NCBI GenBank assembly: GCA_964199315.1
Contig: OZ116709.1
Coordinates: 6,324,001-6,388,000 of the forward strand
Source: Orbicella franksi
Taxonomy: Eukaryota
Length of the DNA stretch: 64,000 nt
Reading direction: 5' to 3'
This document shows, in pieces, positions 60,098 through 64,000 of the stretch. The notes under the pieces are model-generated. The model did no database searches, was not told where the DNA came from, and worked only from the letters and a program-made list of their open reading frames with translations. The position numbers and the translations under genes are program-made. The stretch's first letter is position 1; the number at the start of each line of letters is the position of its first letter.

Positions 60098-63000
60098 ATG
60101 GCAGTGACTGGAGATAAGTTGTCATACGGCTGGCTAAGGTTTCGTCCGACATGGCTGCAGTTCCTCAATACTCCAAAATGGTTCTTGTTCTTCTTGAGTC
60201 AGTATTTCTTCACACAGAGTATCGTTGTTAATGGAGTATACCCAGGGTCCATCAGCACTATAGAGAAGCGGTTTGGTTTCTCCAGGTTGGTGTGTTCATC
60301 GCGGGCAAAATTGCGAATCGGTTTTCTTATTTTCCGGCTACATCAGTAGGATGGGTGTTTCTAAATAAGAATAGTGGTACGAAAAAAGGCATTGAATCTT
60401 CTCCTTATTTGGCTCTTAAAACACAGATTTATAAGCCAGGCAATGAATAATGTGCTGTATAATTAGTATTATTTGCAGATTACTTCCAGTGACCCACGAG
60501 AGACATGCCAGAGAAGTTTACTTTGTTTCAGTTTTGCCCGTTTTTCATGCTGCAGACTCAATTCACAGAGTGCCCACCTCTGTTCGTTTGCTCGGTTAGT
60601 CACTGATAATAAGTAGAAACTAGCAGCTGCGACAGATGTAAGCTGCAAACAATGAATGGAAAAACAAACAAACAAACGAAAAAAAAAAAAATTTCAAGGT
60701 GAATTGTGGACTGACTTTGATTTGTCGCGACATAACAAGGGTGATATCTTATAACAGTCAGTGCTGAAATGCAGACTACAGACCCGAATACAAAATGCAG
60801 ACTGCAGACTGGGTACAAAACACAGACTGAGAATGAAGACTGTTTCTCATCTGATACGAGACAACAAGCCATCTAAAAGCTTACCGAGTGTCACGGAATA
60901 TAATAATACTTTCTGTTATCGGATACGTGTTGCCAGTTTAAACTTGTGACCTTGATCGCTACTCTATTGTGCTGCGGCTTGACCTGTCTGATTCTCTTTC
61001 CTGTTTTGTAGTCAAAGCAAAACAAGAAAGCGCACGAGACCTCGAAGAATTATTAGCAGCAGGTCTCTGGCACGGTTCACGAACGAAAAAAAAAAAAAAA
61101 AAAATAGCGAATCACGGATCACAGATATCGGAATTTCATTTTCCCAAACCAAGAAAATAAGCAGTAAGGTACTCTTTTTTAAAACCAGCTCTTACATTAG
61201 AGTGTTTAAAGAAAATAAAATCGTGAAGGGCGAAGTAAAGGCTCCATACCGCAAATAGCATACCTAAATCACGCTCGATAGACGACTCTAACCACTAGGA
61301 GGACTCACGTCTCAAAATCACGTAGAATAGAGTTAGCCTGTGTACAGCCGCCTCCCCTCCAAAAAAAATCGGGAAGGAGCGTCTGTGATTTACTGCTCAT
61401 AATCACTCCTCCCCTATTGTTTTTGGAGGGGAGGGGCGGCTGTACACAAGCTCAATAGAGTGTGAAATTACGAATATCGGTTAATAATTCAAGTTCTCCA
61501 CGTATCACCCAAAACCTGCAGGTCACGGATCACGAAGAATAACGTTTCACGATAAATAAAATTAGCTAATCACGCATCACGAGAACATCCCTGTACGACC
61601 CTCATTATAGCACCGTAGCAATATGTATCCATGAAGTGAACCTGAAACTAACGAGAACAGCGACAGCAGACATTACTGCTCTTGTGGAGAAAAGAACAAA
61701 GCGCGCACAACAAACATAAACTGCGGAGAACTACTTTTTCAAGTTTACACATCAGGTGTTGCGCTGCATTCATGTGCTGAGACACTTTAATCTCGCCAAA
61801 ATGAATCACTTGGATATGACAACCGATATTCTCTTACAATTCTTCATTGCCGGTTTGTCTATTCAGTTGGACCGCGACGATCAAATGATTTTCCTTTTTC
61901 CCCTAAGTAAACCTTTATTTACCCTTGGCAGTGTTTATAGCACAAATTAAAGGCTAGTGGGGCCTAGCAAACAACTCAAACAAATAATTCAAATTAAACA
62001 AACATTGTTAAGAATCCCAACTGGCCGGGGGCAAACCAATTGCCTATTTACAAGCATGGCCGAGAATTTGAACTCGGGGCTACTTGTGAAGCAAATCCAG
62101 GTAGTGGTCAGAGCGAGACTTGAACTTGAGACCGCTGCATTGCGAGTCTGACGAGCTGACCACTCGGCCACGCTGCCTCCGTAACCCTAGACACATGTGT
62201 GGCTGCAACACTCTTAAAAATAACACTCAACCGAAATTTCAATAATACTTAATGATGGTTTCTAGTGATCTTGTACTCTGTTTGGGTGACAGCATAATTC
62301 TCAAAACCGTTTTTGTTACAGTTACATGATGGGGATGGTGACCAGCAGTTATGACGTAGCAGCCATGATCTTAACTCCGCTGATCAGCTACATCGGAGGC
62401 TCACGAAAGAAGCCAGCGTTCTGTGCCTGGGGAGTGTTTGCAATGGGTGTTGGTTTCTTTATTTTCATGCTGCCACATTTTGTCTCGCCACCTTACGAAG
62501 CAGGTTTGTCCAAACGACTCCGCCACGGTTGTCAATAAAATGTATTGTATATTAATATCAAAACCAATACTATATCTGTAATACCAACCTAAAACCAGTA
62601 CCAGCGGACTTGCCAATGCTAATGCAAATACAAATGCTATTCAGTTGCTAATATCAGTGACAGTGCCGATACCACTGCCATTGCCAATTATTGCCAATGC
62701 CAGTGCTAATGCCATTCCTAGTGCCTATGCCAATGGAAATGCTAATTAATGCACATTCCTGCGTGACTTATGCCAGTTCCAGTCCCAGCGGCAATGCCAC
62801 TACCATTTCATTGCCATTGCCAGCGCCAATTATTGCCGGCGCCAAATATTGCCAGTACATGCCAGTGCCAATGCCAGTCCTAGTGCCGGTCAATGCCAGT
62901 ATAAATGCTAATCCCAATTATATTCCAGTTCCAATGTCAATCGTAGTGTCACTTTTACGGCTTAATGCCGGTTCCTGTACCAATTCCAGCCCCACTACCA

Positions 63001-64000
63001 ATACGAATGTCAACGCCAGTACTTATACCCATTCCTATACTTATGCTGATTCTTACGCCGTAGCGTTTACATAATAATGCTAAAAGTCTTGTTGTACGTC
63101 TATGATAGGTGTTGTACATGTCACAAATACCACTTTGAGTGGAAGTGACTCAGGGCTTTGCGCGGCAAATCGCACTGATTTTGGCGGGAAAGGTAATTGC
63201 AAAGATGAAACCACCGGTGGCAATACTCTATACTACGCGCTGTTCATTCTGGGAATGGTTGTAGCAGGCGCCGGTTGCACTCCCATGATCGCGTTAGGAA
63301 TTCCATATATGGACGAAAACGTCAGCGCCAATGTGTCACCTATGTACGTGGGTATATTTTTCGCCTCTGGAATTTCTGGTGAGTTGTCATAGGTAGTTTT
63401 TGATATATATGACGTCAGAAATATGATTCATAATTATTACTTGTTTTACAATAACTACACTTTTCGCAGCTTGTAAGACTAATAAAGACTTTGCAGCCAG
63501 GGGGCGTGTGAGCCAAGCGCGCTTCTTTTGCGAGGATCAACGCTTTCGACGCGAGCGCTGAGCGACAAGTGAAAAACGACTGTTTTGCAGCCTACCACTT
63601 ATTGGCCTGCAATGAAAATGTTGGCAGTGTTAATTAAATCCAACCGGATGACATTTCCTATGTTGATTATTGTTAGGCTCGTAACCAGTACCTCGCTTTA
63701 AATTTTTAAATTCTTAATTCTTTTGAATTTCATTGACTGTCACTTTGAAAGATGTATGCTGTAGGTTACGAAATTTAAAGTTAAATCAAAATTTCTTCAA
63801 ACCATGCGTAGTCCATTTGTCATGCTTGTTACATCATTTTGTTTTTGTTTCAGCTGTCGCTGTTGGATTTGTGTGTATCTCAAAGTTTCTTTCAATGTTT
63901 GTGGAACCTGGTGTCCAGACCTCGTTGGCAATCCGCGATCCACGTTGGGTAGGGAACTGGTGGCTAGGGTTTCCCATATTTGGCGCGATCTGTGTGTTTT
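60098..64000 (+). CDS. SLCO: OATP/SLCO paralogue D, 5' part (exons 1-4, runs off the window)
   Basis: ATG in AACATGG context at 60098. Exons 60098-60285, 62322-62503, 63109-63378, 63854->64000, with the same phases as A-C. Contains LPHF, YMDEN and DPRWVGNWWLGF. Confidence 0.9.
61334..61453. mobile_element. Palindromic TAG-terminated mini-MITE with an 8-9-bp TSD, nested in a TCACG-rich repeat (about 61030-61605)
   Basis: TAGCCTGTGTACAGCCGCCTCCCCTCC / GGAGGGGAGGGGCGGCTGTACACAAGCTC; AATAGAGT at 61326-61333 and 61454-61461. Confidence 0.8.
61950..62180 (-). mobile_element. tRNA-derived SINE, near full length, in SLCO-D intron 1
   Basis: The minus strand reads GGAGGCAGCGTGGCCGAGTGGTCAG (A box) ... 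AAGTTCAAGTC (B-box-like) ... CCAGTTGGGATTCTTAAC. Confidence 0.8.
62590..63060 (+). repeat. Degenerate (TGCCAR)n hexamer-based repeat filling SLCO-D intron 2
   Basis: TGCCAA/TGCCAG/TGCTAA/TACCAA units recur throughout. The intron is 605 nt here, versus 89 nt in B and 86 nt in C. Confidence 0.85.

Noticed and set aside
62691-63074. 127-aa Met/Pro/Val-rich ORF
   Set aside because: By-product of the TGCCAR repeat inside an SLCO intron.

Overview
Eukaryotic (animal) genomic DNA, AT-rich and intron-rich; the repeat families suggest an anthozoan, probably a stony coral (inference). One 164-nt assembly gap lies at 56396-56559. I rebuilt the gene models by hand from GT-AG sites and reading-frame phase. 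(1) An SRSF3/SRSF7-type SR splicing factor on the minus strand (CDS 19533-15996, 161 aa), with candidate poison exons in a 2.6-kb intron and an intron in the 3' UTR. (2) A tandem array of four plus-strand OATP/SLCO organic anion transporter paralogues with a shared exon-intron layout. A (23767-35139) is intact. B (42479-49989) has lost the 3' half and donor of exon 6. C (51043-58524) is intact and a recent duplicate of B. D starts at 60098 and runs off the window in exon 4. (3) ERp29 (minus, 41933-37283, 250 aa, ending KEEL) sits inside the array, head-to-head with SLCO-B. (4) Two convergent, apparently spliced units in the first 10.5 kb have no long ORF (lncRNA/smORF candidates, low confidence). 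(5) Many MITEs (some nested), tRNA-derived SINEs, an L1/Tx1 3' fragment, a Penelope GIY-YIG fragment, and micro- and minisatellites. The best leads are the complementary damage in SLCO-B and SLCO-C (which would allow an in-frame B/C chimeric transcript), the SR-protein poison exons, a gene-conversion-like tract in SLCO exon 1, an 89-nt pre-miRNA-sized hairpin, and an ERSE-like element in ERp29 intron 1. No CRISPR, rRNA or bona fide tRNA was found, and no wholly new system is demonstrated.
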